From assembly GCF_006345805.1 (NCBI RefSeq), contig NC_043010.1:39122001-39186000 (forward strand): DNA of 64,000 bases, read 5' to 3'. This DNA comes from Octopus sinensis. Taxonomy: Eukaryota. Positions 40,406-54,034 of this stretch are shown here, in pieces. The notes under the pieces were generated by a model. That model ran no database searches, was not told the DNA's origin, and was given only the letters and a program-made list of their open reading frames with translations. Within the stretch, counting starts at the first letter, position 1, and each line of letters opens with the position of its first letter. The position numbers and the translations under genes are program-made.

Positions 40406-40519
40406 AAGAGAGAGAGAGAGCCTGAAAGAGTGACTGTGATAGCTGAGTAGAAGGGTGAGAGAGAAAGAGAAACTTTAAGTGAGATTAGGGAAAGTTAGGT
40501 GGAGTTACCTTCTCGAGTC

Positions 40520-40723
40520 ATAAGGGCCGGTGTCCCGCTTTCATGACGTACAAATTCTGGACGCCGGTTCACTGCAGGAGTACTTATTTTTGCTAGCTGG
40601 AGCAACGTGAAATGTAGTGTTTTGCTTAATAAATAACACAACATGTCACCCGGTCCAGGAATCGAAACCACAATCTTACGATCATGAGTCCAACACCGCT
40701 AACCACTAAGCCATATGTCTCCA
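40520..40723 (-). mobile_element. tRNA-derived SINE type D (diverged)
   Basis: cccggtccaggaatcgaaaccacaatcttacgatcatga..aaccactaagcc matches 47870-47942. Confidence 0.78.
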
Positions 40724-40874
40724 TTATAGTGAGATTGCCTAGTCCTTGATCCTAGAAATGGATAATGCCAAACCCATCAATTTCTAGTAATGTTATACTA
40801 TCAACATGCGCTGATGGGGAGACTGCAGGATGTTGCGGAACCTGGGTTCTCATTCCTAATGTAGTTTTTGATGT

Positions 40875-41060
<186 letters not shown>

Positions 41061-41278
41061 ACCCCAAGATTCCGAGTTCGATTCCAGGCAGTGACTGAAT
41101 CATAATAATAATAATAATAATAACATCATCGAAAAAGATATACCTTAGGAATGAGAACTCAGATTCGCAATTTCCCCAAGACATCTGATGAAGGCTGGAG
41201 GGTGTATCAGCCGAAACGTTGTGTTAACAACAAACAAGATGAGGACAAATATTAGTCAAATGTAAATAACGTAAATAA
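41061..41278 (+). mobile_element. 5'-truncated copy of the tRNA-head / (TAA)n / hammerhead-tail repeat
   Basis: B-box-like gagttcgattcc at 41074-41085, then (TAA)n, then a tail colinear with 4461-4570. Confidence 0.8.
41180..41225 (+). ncRNA. Minimal type I hammerhead motif
   Basis: gacat-CTGATGA-a-GGCTG[gagggtgtat]CAGCC-GAAAC-GTT-gtgtt. Stem II is a perfect 5 bp and palindromic ACGT replaces helix III. Confidence 0.65.
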
Positions 41279-41627
41279 GAGAAATTATTATTGAAGATAT
41301 TGTGCTGTATGAGGCATGGTACTGTCGGTTGGCATACTGGAATGTATAAAACGGAAACATCAGTATGACTATGGATTTTTTTTTCTCATGGCGCCTATCA
41401 CCTAACATGCTTCCAGAAGGTTTTTAATATGCCCTTTTCAATACAACGAATGCAAGCAGGGAGAATTGTGAATATGATCTGACACGAATTTGATCTGACA
41501 CGAATGGCTTACCCGAATTTCGCATCATGTTTTGAAACCATCAAGAAAATAAAGCATTATTCAAATACTAGGGCACGCCGAACAGATCGAATTCTTCCTC
41601 CATCTTTCAGTCTCTTAGCTCGTATTA

Positions 41628-41862
41628 GGCGGCGAGCTGGCAGAAACGTTAGCACGCCGGGCGAAATACGTAGCCGTATTTCGTCTGCCGTTACGTTCTG
41701 GGTTCAAATTCCGCCGAGGTCGACTTTGCCTTTCATCCTTTCGGGGTCGATAAATTAAGTAGCAGTTACGCACTGGGGTCGATGTAATCGACTTAATACC
41801 TATGTCTGTCCTTGTTTGTCCCCTCTGTGTTTGGCCCCTTGTGGGTAATAAAGAAATACGTA
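41628..41862 (+). mobile_element. tRNA-derived SINE family B, full length
   Basis: ggcggcgagctggcagaaacgttagc..ggttcaaattcc..gcctttcatcctttcggggtcgataaattaagt..aaagaaatac. Confidence 0.9.
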
Positions 41863-42154
41863 TTAGCAACAATTACTATTGCTAATTTAGGACTTTCATT
41901 TAGTACAATTGTGAAAGTGTTACACAAAATACATCGCGGTACTTTGTTATGATGCAAAACATTATGAGTTCAAAACTAACCGATGTCAACATCGTCGTAT
42001 CCCACCCGGGATAGAAAAAATCATGCATCTTTCAAGAACTGTATTGATTTTAAACTTGTAATCTCCCGACCAAACTTCTCGAATCATACACTTTTGTATC
42101 ATATTTTCAATGCATATTCTCATCTTCCTTTAATATTTTGGCAGAAACGTTTGC

Positions 42155-42355
42155 TTGCCGGGCGAATTGCTTAGCGGTATTTCGTCTGTCTTTACTTTTT
42201 GAGTTCAAATTCTGCGGAGATCAACTTTGTCTTTCATCCTTTCGGAGTCGATTAAATAAGTAGCAGTTACGCACTGGGGTCGACATAATCGACTTAATCC
42301 GTTTGTCTGTCTTTGTTTGTATACTCTATGTTTAGCACCCCCTGCAGGCAATAAA
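42155..42355 (+). mobile_element. SINE family B, 5'-truncated
   Basis: Colinear with 41655-41855. Confidence 0.82.
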
Positions 42356-42379
42356 AAAAGAAAACCATTCTTATCTTTG

Positions 42380-42700
42380 CTTTTACTTGATTCATTCATT
42401 TGACTGAGGCCATGGTGGGGCACAACTTTGAAGAATTTTTGTCGAACGAATCGGCCCTCAGTATCATTTTTCTTTTTGGCTTGCTACTTATTCCATCGTT
42501 GTTGTTAGCCGAAACCATTACGCTACGGGGATATGTAAACCAGCATCGATGATGAGGAACAAACATAGACACAAAGGCACACACACACACACACACACAC
42601 GCATGCAATACATACAGGATGGCCATAAGTCACTTCACCCAATTCTTTATCAGTATTAGGAATGGGTAAATCGATCTTATTCATATTTATGTAGAAATTT

Positions 42701-42747
<47 letters not shown>

Positions 42748-42867
42748 TAGAAAAAAACACCTTTCATCAATTCAACAATGACAAAAATTTAATTATACCA
42801 TATAGAAAAAAATTACATCATATAGAAAATATTAAATATAAGATAAAAACATATACCAATGAGTAAG

Positions 42868-42905
<38 letters not shown>

Positions 42906-43055
42906 TACACGATGGGATTTTTAGTTTCCGCCTACAGAATCAACTTACAAAGCTTTGGACTGTCCGTGGCTACAGTAGAAAACAATTGTCCAAGGTACCG
43001 AGCAGTGGGACTGAACCAGGAAGCATGAGGTTAGGAAGCAAACTTCTTATCGCCT
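42380..43055 (-). mobile_element. Diverged family A SINE, split at its internal microsatellite by later insertions (about 42610-42900)
   Basis: 3' half at 42380-42600 and 5' half at 42910-43055, both on the minus strand. Confidence 0.7.
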
Positions 43056-43879
43056 ATACGTTTACATATTCACATAATTTCCTACCAATAATTTCCTAAC
43101 CATATGTGTATTAACGCATTTATATCAACATATCAACAATTGTTTCTTCGTTCGTTTGTTTTGTTCTTTTTTAATTAAAAGAAAAAACTCCGTTGCATTT
43201 ATAAATATTGACTGTCTTTCTACAGCTGTAATGCTTTGTTTATTCTCCTCACGACAAAATAACGCACGATAGGACGTTCCAACTGTTTTGCCAACTGTCA
43301 TATGCTTTTTTTGCAAATCCTTAACGATTAGTTACGATGACAGAATAATCTCAGCTGGCATTAAAAAACAGGATATGTCCACTCACACGCACACACGCAG
43401 AGGCACATACAGAGATACACAGGGACCACACTCGCTCACTTTTATATGTGTACACGTATGTATAAATATGTGCAAGGAGATAAGGAGGAGAGAGTCAGAA
43501 AGAGAAGGAGAGACCGAGGGGAATTGCCAAGGGATTGTCCAAGAACAGATAAAATATAGAAGCGACAAAATTGAAGAATATTTCTCATTTATGTTATACA
43601 CTGTCACTGTATCCCTACTTACACAAACACTCTCAGCCTACCACACACATATACAGACATTAACATACGTACATATGAATACATGTACATATATATATAT
43701 CCTTGATCCTGAAGGCAGAAGTCTTGATATATAATTATTTTGATTCCACGGCATGATACGCTTTCTAGCTCATATTTAAACACTGTATATATATATATAT
43801 ATAATATATATATTATATATATATATATATATATTATATATACATATATATATATACATATATATATATATTATATATA

Positions 43880-43920
<41 letters not shown>

Positions 43921-43923
<3 letters not shown>

Positions 43924-44187
43924 AACCGCAATGGCCCAATGCTTGGGGCAGCGGACTCGCAGTTGTGGGATCGCGGTTTCGATTCCCAAACCAGGCGTTG
44001 TGAGTGTTTATTGAGCGAAAACACCTAAAGCTCCACGAGACACCGGCAGGGTGTGGGGTGGGGCGATCCCTGCTGTACTCTATCACCACTGGCATCATTT
44101 GAAGGCTAAAACAATGTGAAGCGCATTGTGACTAGCGATGTGTAGCAACATCTAATAGCCTGGTCGGTCATGGTGATCACCGTGATA
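43921..44187 (+). mobile_element. tRNA-derived SINE (head type C with tail type Y)
   Basis: Reverse-complement match to 36024-36334. Confidence 0.83.
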
Positions 44188-44719
44188 TAGGAGCATCCGT
44201 CAATATAGACAACAAAATTCTCGTAATACCGACGAGAGGCAAGAGAGGACAGATCTAGTTAAAGCCCAGGCTTTAACCACAATACAGAAATAGCATTGCT
44301 CAATTTGCGGCCAGTATACCTCCAAGGTCGTGAAAATTACAGTATTTGGGCACAAGCAAACTTTAAGTTATTTGAAATATGCTTGTGACATATTTCAAGT
44401 GTTGAAGGCAAATTCATTGCAGTTATATCATAGAGACTGTATTGTATTTCACATGACTTTAATTAGGTCTGTCCAGAGTTACCTTACTTCGGTATTTCAC
44501 ACTAAAAACAGTTAAGAAGCTAGAAACATTGATATCTTGAAATCCAACAGGTGACAGTACTGGGCAGATATAGTGTTTTTACACCTATTTTTTAATCACA
44601 AGAGGGATCTTTTCTTTATGGTAACTGTAGGGAATTTGCCTTTTGCAGTTGAAGTGTCACAAGCATAACTTAATTCACCGAAAGTTCGCTTGTGCCTAAA
44701 CAATGCTGCTCATGTGATT

Positions 44720-45141
44720 ATTTCTTTCTTTATTACCCACATGAGGCTAATCATATAGGGGACAAATAAAGACAGACAAATGGATTAAGTCGATTACATC
44801 GACCCCAGTGCGTAACTTGTACTTATTTAATCAGCCCTGAAAGGATAAAAAGCAAAGTCGACCTCGGCGGAATTTGAACTCAGAACGTGCGGCAGACGAA
44901 ATACCTATTTCTTTACTACCCACAAGGGGCTAAACACGGAGGGGACGAACAAGGACAGACAAACGGATTAAGTCGATTACATCGACCCCAGTGCGTAACT
45001 GGTACTTAATTTATCCACCCCGAAACGATGAAAGGCAAAGTAGAGTAGACCTCGGCGGAATTTGAACTCAGAACATAACGGCAGACGAAATACGGCTAAG
45101 CATTACGCCCGGGGTCCTAACGTTTCTGCCAGCTCACCGCC
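44720..45141 (-). mobile_element. Dimeric family B SINE
   Basis: A full copy at 44904-45141 plus a head-less copy at 44720-44903, with the same junction as 19220/19221. Confidence 0.88.
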
Positions 45142-47146
45142 CTTGATCATGTGATTATTGGTATCTCTAAGTATTAATCATTTCAATTTCCTTTTCTTTT
45201 TTTCCCCTTTCTTTTTTTTTTCGTTCCTCCCTCTCTTCTGATATTTTGCGCCTTCGTTATTCTCTGCTATTTTTCTTAAATTATAACACACAGAATAATA
45301 ATTAGCTGTATCTCTTTTAATTAAAGCTAATACTCTATTAGTTCTGCAATAACTAATCACTGCTCATTAATCAATATGAAGTAAGTAAATGAATAAGCGA
45401 CGCTGGAATTTATTAACCATAACACTTCTTTGATGTACTAAACAATATGATACAATAAATGTTTTTGTTTTCTTTTTGATATCAACATTGGCAACAGATT
45501 CCAAAAATGTTTTCATAGGTTTAAAGGTCATTATTGGCTCCTGGTATCTCCTGGTATGTAACCCTATTGTGCCAGCACCAGATTTTATAAGTTATTTCAT
45601 TAATGATATACTTACGTTAAATATGACTCTTAAAACACCCTATAGGTTACATCCTGAATCTGTTATTCTCCCGTCGTCTTTCAGTTTCTTAAATTTTGGC
45701 AATTTAGATTCGAAATGTCACTTGCTGATGAACTGTTCTTTAATAAGTATATCATAGGTAGTTTGTATATTTGGTAAGACTGCATCGTTGGGAGTTGCGT
45801 AACATATATATATTTATAGATGGCGCGCATACTGCATACTTAATTGTACCGTGATTAAATAACTATAAAAACTCTTAACGAAGCAACTGTATCAGTACCA
45901 CATAATGCATTTGTCTGTTTTTATTATACTTACACACACATACACACACAGACACATACACACACACATGCATTTATATTTATATATATACGTACATACG
46001 TATGTATACATAGATACACACACACATATATGGACAAATATTCAGCAATTATATAGAAAATTTTCAGGCAAATAGTGAAATCAGCCAGATTTAGATATAC
46101 AATATACCCAATGTTATATAAATGTATCTAGTAGTAATAGGAGACAATTCAATATAATGTAAGGCTATCTTTTGAAATACATACAATTTCAATATAACCA
46201 ATTTCTGTCTTTAATTTGAAATGTCACTTTTATTAGCTTTGCATACATACAAACATACATACATACATATATACATACATACATACATACATGTACGCAC
46301 GTACATGCTAAAATATATATATGCAAACACACACACTTATTGTTTCTCATATACATGCATATACATGTGTATATACATATATTTATGTATGTGTGTGTGA
46401 GGGTACGTGTGTGACTGACTTCAGATATTGAGTTCTGTCTTACTTTGATCGTCGTTTAATCGAGTATGCAATATCGAATTCACGCTGCCACCAATGCCTG
46501 TATGTGTGTGTGTGTGTGTGTGTCTGTCTGTCTTTGTGTGTGAGTTTACAGAATTTTTCTGTATTATTCTCGATAGAAATACGATACCATTAATAGAAAT
46601 TTTATAAAATTTTCCATTAAACTGTCAGATTAATATCTTACATTTGGTTAGGTAAGTGTTGATACGTTTTCTGCCCACTGGTCCTCATCGAATGTAATTT
46701 TTAGAAAGTCTTCCCAATTGATCATAACATTATAAGCGACATGTTTGCATAGCCGTTGCGCCAGAAGTGCAAAGACCATTCTAGTCAACTAAACATGTCA
46801 TCTTTTTAAGGGTCGAGAAATTTAAGTTCCCGCCTAGAGCTGTGCATTGATTCTAGCTGTTGCCATTATGAACGCTTCTATGGTGGTATAAAATATATTT
46901 TCAACTAGATATTGATTAACTCTTGAGTAAACCTGAGCACGGGTATTATAGAAATAGATTAAAACCTTCATCATAAAATCCAGATTAACGTTATGCTGGA
47001 TACATGTGTATTCTCAAGTATTTAAAACGGTTAAGCTTCATTTGAATGTTATTAGGTCGGATAAGCTATTGAATAGCTGCCTTCACATAAGACTTGACGA
47101 GGTGCAATTAATATCGCTACTGCATTATTTTCTAATAACTCTATTT

Positions 47147-47395
47147 TAAAGTGATAGTATGTTGTCAACTTAATGTGATAGTCCCATGAAAGGGAAGAAT
47201 GCTACTGTTATTTAGCCCTAGGAAGCACCGTTTTCTGTTGGACTTGACACATTTGTGTCTGTATGTTTTCAAAGCACCTCCACCCACAAATGTGTCAAGT
47301 CCAACAGGAAACGGTGTTTCCTAGGGCTAAATAACAGTAGCATTCTTCCTTTTCATGGGACTGTCACATTAAGTTGACAATATACTATCACTTTA
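47147..47395 (+). repeat. 111-bp-arm hairpin (inverted repeat) with a 27-nt loop
   Basis: Arms 47147-47257 and 47285-47395 have no indels and 5 differences, all G-T pairs on the + strand. Confidence 0.95.
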
Positions 47396-47695
47396 TCGTG
47401 CTGCTACTGCATAAATCTCTCTGAGAGATTTAGAAATGTATTATTTCAACACTATTAAACTCTCTCAATATTAGACACTGGAAAATTTCGTTTAAAAAAT
47501 ATAAAACTATAACGTAGATGCAGAAACGTTAGCATGCTGAGTAAAATACTTCACGTTGTGAATTCAAGATGGACTTTGCCTTTGACCATTTCGGGGTCGA
47601 AATGCTGACGGCTGGAATCGATATGATCGACTTAACTACCAATCCCTGAATTTGCTGGCATTGTGCCAAAATTTGAAATCAGTATGAAAAATAAA

Positions 47696-47942
47696 TGCGC
47701 CCTTTTAAAGCCTAGCCAGGCTCATGGGCCCGGTTTCTCGGTTTCAATGGCGTATGTGTTCCCCAGCTGGATGAGACGACAGTCCATCGCAGCGTTACTC
47801 ATTTTTGCCAGCTGAGTGGACTGGAGCAACGTGAAACGAAGTGTTTTGCTCAAGAACACAACTCGTCGCCCGGTCCAGGATTCGAAACCACAATCGTACG
47901 ATCATGATGCTGACACCCTAACAAATAAGCCACACGCCTCCA
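47696..47942 (-). mobile_element. tRNA-derived SINE type D with CORE-like and V-domain-like segments, full length
   Basis: Minus strand reads tggaggcgtgtggcttatttgttagggtg..gtttcgaatcc..tgtgttcttgagcaaaacactt..ctgcgatggactgtcgtctcatccagctgggg.. Confidence 0.85.
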
Positions 47943-48642
47943 CTTGAAATCAGTATAGCCACATCTATATTTTCAAATAACTTAGTTTTACTTTTGTAAT
48001 ATCAGAAACTGGAAAATCGTTGTTTAAACAATCTGAAAACTGTATAATATATTCTAGATGCTTCATCGATTGAAACTGTTATTTGGGTGACAAATTCAAG
48101 CAAAGGCGAAAGAAGCGTTTGGTCATTTATCAAACATTATTTAATTATATGTTACTTATTGCCATACACTTGTTAAAACCTATATTTTTATATTGACTGA
48201 AAGTTTCCTTATAATTATTTTCAACATGCACGTAAGTACGTCTAGTCACCCTCCCTCCCTCCCCCTCTCTCTCTCACTCTCTCTCACACACACACACTTA
48301 GTCGGGTGTGCATGGTTGTAAGGACTCTTCACTGTGTGTAAGCATGTTTTGGGGGATAACCCCCGCCCCATATATTATTTTATTCTCTTACTTGTTTAAG
48401 CCAAGCTGGAACACTGCCTTCTAGTGGAAGAAATCGACCCTTGGTTGTAATCTTTATAAGCCTGGTACTTATATTGGGGGGACAAACAGACACAAACACA
48501 CAAGCATATATATATGTATACATAAATATATATATGTGTATATTTATATGTATATATATATACATAATATATACAAAATGGCGGTGCCCCAGCATGGCCA
48601 CAGCTCATTAGCTGAAACTGGAAAAATCAAAATCAAAATCAA

Positions 48643-48761
<119 letters not shown>

Positions 48762-48764
48762 GTA

Positions 48765-49350
48765 TTTTATCGATCCTGAAAGGATGAAAGTCAAAGTCAA
48801 TCTTGTTAGCATTTGAAATTAGAACGTAGAGACCGACGAAATATCGCAAAACTCACCACCTACACAAGCGGTAATATTGATTTTCAAATGTTGGCACAAG
48901 GCCAGAAGTTTCGTAAGGAGGGTGTAACTCGATTACATTGATTCCCTTTTTCAACTAGTTCTTCTTTTTGTCGACCCTGAGATACATAGGCAACCCCGGC
49001 GGAATTTGAACTTAGAATGTGAAGACGGCCGAAATGCTGCTAAGCATCACTTCTGGACTGCTAACGATTCTATCAGCTCACCACCTTTTCACTTGCTATA
49101 ATATCGGTTTAAGATTTTGGCACAGGACAGACAAATATGGTGAAGGCTGTAAGCCGATAAATCAACCTCAGTGTTCAACTTTTCCTCCTTTTTATCGACT
49201 CCTAAAGGATGAAAAACAAAGTCGACCTCGACGGAATTTGAGCTTGGAACCTAAAGACGGACGAAAATCGCCACTCTCACTTGCAGTGATGGCGGTTTTA
49301 AAATTTTGCCTGAGCAACAAAATTTGAACTCAGAACGTAGGGACGGATGA
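48765..49350 (-). mobile_element. Cluster of old family B SINE fragments
   Basis: Repeated aaggatgaaa..aaagtcga.ct..ggaatttgaact.agaa.gt remnants. Confidence 0.65.
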
Positions 49351-50189
49351 TTCACTTGCAGGAATACTAAATTAATTATTCAGCCTAAAGTAGTCTTCTA
49401 CCTGTAAATGTAAATGTTCTCGTCTTGATGCAAATCTTAAATTTTTATGTCAAGCGTAACTTTTTTACAATGTAACATTTTACAAACGTTTTTCTTTCAT
49501 TTTGTTAGTTTAATTTTCATTTTTGTTGCTTCAATTCTATAAAACACATTGAATTATTCCAAAGTAATATATTTTCCAACTTAATCAATTATTATGTAAT
49601 TCATTTAACTTAATCATTAACATTTCCGTGTATCTTTATGGGTATTTGCTCTTTCCCGTAATACATAATTACGAAATAGGATTAACGTGTTTTATTTTTT
49701 ACGTCGGAAAGATATTTCTCTTGTTTTTGTCTAGACTACCATAGTCTCCGAATGTTATCATTTAATGCAATAATATTGATATAGTAGAAATTATTTTTCG
49801 TAGTCTCTTAATAAAATTCGTTCACGATTGATAACCGATTTCGATGGCTTCCTTTTATAATTCACATTCACTTAATTCATGATTTATTTCTCTCCTTCAA
49901 ATAAATGTTGTCTTCTACTCTCTCTCTCTTTGTCTCTTTCTTCTTCGGTCACTTCATTTTTCCCTCGTTCAGTCATTCATTCTTTCTTTCCTTCTATGTG
50001 TGAGCGAGTTTCTGCGTGAGCGCAGGTGTGGTGCGCGCACGTATACACGTGCGCATATCACATTCATATTCATATATGTATGCATAAATCACTAGCATTA
50101 TGTAGATATCTGTACATAACGTGAAATTACGCGCGTATATATATATATATTGATCTCTACAATTTCCCTCTATTTGACCATCTCACATC

Positions 50190-50237
50190 GTCTCTGATGA
50201 AGGGATATCCCTAATATCACAGAAACAGCTGTAAGAC
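50190..50237 (+). ncRNA. Type I hammerhead motif with palindromic stem III
   Basis: gtct-CTGATGA-a-gggatat[cccta]atatcac-a-GAAAC-AGCT-GTA-agac. Stem I is gtct/agac, stem II has one mismatch, ACAGCTGT is a palindrome, and the triplet is GUA. Confidence 0.68.
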
Positions 50238-50644
50238 TTACTTTCTCTCTATAAATGTCCAGGAAATTCCACACGGTCTTGGCTTTGTTGTCTCATTTTA
50301 TTTAACACACATACACACACACACACATTATGTATAAGATCTAGATTTCCTCTGTGAAGTATATACATATATATATATATAATATATATATATATATATT
50401 ATATATATATATATGTGTGGGGGTGCATATTTTTGTTTTGGGGAAGGTCATTTTATCTTTGCGACATGAAAACACGCACTATAACTTCGTTTTTTATTTC
50501 GTTTAATACAATTCTTATTTTAACTGATGTCCATTGCCCGGAAATTTTCCCTCGCATTTCTTTGACCTATTCACCCACACTCTCTATCCTTGTGTGCGCT
50601 CTGTTCCACTTAGTCCATTCGCTTGCAACACAAATTTCACAAAC

Positions 50645-50677
<33 letters not shown>

Positions 50678-51692
50678 ATAATATATATATAAGCATATAT
50701 ATATATACATATATATATATTATAGGTGTGTGTGTATCACTTATATATGTATACACATATCTACATATAGCTCATAAATATTTAGGCATCATGCATATAA
50801 ATATTTGTGGGGACCATATGTGTGTGTGTGTGTGTGTGATTGAGGGAGAGAGTACATATTTCTATAAATTTGAGGCAGGGGACGAGTCGATTACATAGCC
50901 CCCAGTAAAATACACTGCTACATATTTCATCGACTTGGAAAAGATCAAAGCAAAGTCGACCTTGGTGACATTTTAACTCTGAATGTAAAAGAAATTACAT
51001 TAAACCAAACCGAAGAATTACTCTCAGTAGTATAATTTTCGTAGGACACACTTTTGTAAAGTACGTATATATTTGACTTTAACAAGGAAACTATAAATGA
51101 GATTTTTGCCGGAGCGAGCAAAACTATAAGCGCATATCATAGATACATCATCAATTATATCACTAACTCTTATAACAAAAATAATTACATGGAAAAAAAC
51201 CAGGCGACAGTAATTTACATGCTGTATATATGAGAGAGTAATGTAAAGAACTACGAGCCAAATCACTAAAATCTTAACTTTCAGACTTGTCATTTATCAA
51301 TTATAAACGTAATTTCCACACAGACTAAAAGTGATGAACCATAAAATTAATGGACAAGGGGTTCACCTGAGTATTTAACTGGTGTCAATAACAGCTATAA
51401 TGCCATGTTTGAAGAATATCGTTTGTGGATTCATGTTGTCACGAGGGGATATCGCTCAATTGTATCAATAAATCTTTTTCTCTTTACGTTGCCACGATAC
51501 AAGATCGTTCAGCTTTATTAATCTCTTTTTTCTTAGTCTATCTTTCTTCTATTGGAAATAACTTAAAACCAACTTGTTCCTGGTTTGTTATTTTGTTCTG
51601 TCAGTATATTAGATGGATGAATAAGAAAGTAACTGCGAACAGTACGTAGCGAAAACAATTGTAATTTGATAAAAAAAAAATCATGCACATAT

Positions 51693-51868
51693 AGGCGTAG
51701 GAGCTGCTGTGTGGTAAGTAGGTTGCTTACCAACCACATGGTCCCAGGTTCATTCCCACTGCGTGGCACCATGGGCAAGTGTCCTCTACTATAGCATCGG
51801 GCCGACCAAAGCCTTGTGAGTGGATTTGGTAGACAGAAACTGAAAGAAGCCCGCCTTATATATGTATA

Positions 51869-51904
<36 letters not shown>

Positions 51905-51927
51905 TATTATATATATATTATATATAT

Positions 51928-51978
<51 letters not shown>

Positions 51979-52215
51979 ATGTATGTATGTATGTATGTAT
52001 GTGTGTGTGTTTATGTGTTTGTGTTTGTTCCCCCAACATCGCTTGACAACTGATGCTGGTGTGTTTACGCCCCTATATCATAGCGGTTAGGCAATAGTGG
52101 CCAATAGAATAAGTACTAAGCTTACAAAAGAATAAGTCCTGGAGGTCGATTTGCTCGACTAAAGGTGATGCTCCAGCATGGCCACAGACAAATAACTGAA
52201 ACAAGTAAAAGAGTA
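51693..52215 (+). mobile_element. tRNA-derived SINE family A with expanded internal microsatellite
   Basis: Colinear with 8071-8464. Confidence 0.9.
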
Positions 52216-53419
52216 TATATTCAATAGGTTATTCTATGCGTTTAGCTTTGATGGCTGCTCCAATGGGGGACCAGAATCGTTAGGATGCCTTCACTAAATT
52301 CATGCTGCATATCAGCTATTTCATGACGCATATAAACTAAACCATAATGTAGTGAGTTTGTCGATTGTCAAGTATTCTCTGGCCAACCCAGACTAAGAGA
52401 AAATTTTCCATTGCTGTTTTACTAAACCGATAATAGCCATGGTCATCAAAATGGATGTCAAACATCCAAGAACTTATATATCGCTTGGCAGCGGAATGCA
52501 TATGGATTTTCTAGTACCAGACACCATCTTCATAAAACGGTTTATGTAAAATAAATAAAATGAAATAAAAGATGTTATGAGCGAATGATGTAGATATTTA
52601 TTTAGCGAAAAGTGCTGTATATATAAAGGTTTTATTGATGTTTCATAAGGTGTTAAACTTATATATATCTCAGGAAAATCTAAGAAATAAATTTTCGGAA
52701 TGAACAACAAAGATTACATAAATAGACGAAGACTTTTCTGAACCTTCCTCGATACGAGCAAAAATATAATTCAATTATTCATTCTATATGCATCTGCCCG
52801 CAAGAAAAAACAAATATGTTATATAAAACTAAACATGCATGTTCATCGTCTCTCTTAAGCTTTACGACCACTTACAAAAGCCTAATCAAATCAGCATACA
52901 TAAAACTTAACCAGCGAGGACAAATAATCAATTGAAGTCCAGGTAAGAATTGATTATGCAATATATTGGCATGTATAACCCATAAAGAATGCTGGTAGTT
53001 CATTAGCACAACCTTTATGCAGACCCGATGGATGTGGAAGCCAAATTAACTAAAACGTAAATAGGCATATTGAGAAAACTTTCTTGCTACCGTACAGGCA
53101 AATATGATAACAGTTTTATTGGAAATATTTTCAATGGGGAAAAGAGAAAAATGTCGTTAATTTTGACCACCACTACTACTAGCAATCCCTCACCGCCACC
53201 ATATGTATGTGTGTGTATACGTGTGTGTATGAGAGATTATATAATTCTGTTTACAACATATATGGTCCAAATACTAACTTTTTATCAATGATACCTGCTA
53301 TTATTTTCCTTTGTTATTTTCTTCTGATGAGGGAATTTTCCCCAGATATCCTTATCCAATGTGAGGTTGATTAATACGTACTTAAATGCTCTTCTTTTAC
53401 TGCACCCACACTAATATTC

Positions 53420-53968
53420 TATTAGGTTGTCCGGAAAGTTCTGAGCGTTCTTTGATATACAAAATGGGATATACTTCATGAACCGTTGTTTTAGAAACTT
53501 CCAACTCTCTCCAAGTTCTCTAGTTGTGATACTTGGGTTTTTCGTCGATCTTTACCGCCGTCAAAACATCTTCCTTTAAATTTGAATGTCTTCTCCTTCG
53601 ACTGTCATCTTCCAAGCTAAACTCTCCAGTTTTAAATTTTGCAAACTACCTTCGAACAGTTCCTTCACCTACAGCATCATCACCATAAACTTCACAAAGG
53701 TTTTTGCAAGTTTTTGCAGTATTTTCTCCTTTTTTAAAAAAGAAAAGCATTACAATGCGAACATGAAAATTTTGGTTATCCATTTCAAATGTCGGTAAAG
53801 AGTAATCAGAATGAAAGATAATTCTATTTTTAGTCAGGAACAAAGGAGAGATGCACTACCACTTCAAGCAAAGCTAAAGTTTTAATTGTCTTACGTTGCA
53901 AGGTATGTTTAAGGAAGAGGTAAAATATTTAGCTTAAATATGCGTAGTACTTTCCAGACAACCTACTA
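53420..53968 (-). mobile_element. Internally deleted mariner element retaining the N-terminal HTH region
   Basis: TIRs are tattaggttgtccggaaagt and actttccagacaacctacta. Minus frame reads FHVRIVMLFFFKKGENTAKTCKNLCEVYGDDAVGEGTVRR*FAKFKTGEFSLED. Confidence 0.88.
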
Positions 53969-54034
53969 TCATGTTCCACACTTTATTGCATGTGAGTGCC
54001 AGCCTCTTTCCGATATGCGACGCCGCATAATAAA

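Noticed and set aside
41628-41715. tRNA genes at SINE heads (also 8071, 43921, 47942)
   Set aside because: A/B boxes are present but there is no complete cloverleaf, and each continues into a multi-copy SINE body.
53324-53352. CTGATGA-gggaa..tcccc resembling the 50190 hammerhead
   Set aside because: It is followed by AGATAT rather than GAAAC, so at most a dead remnant.
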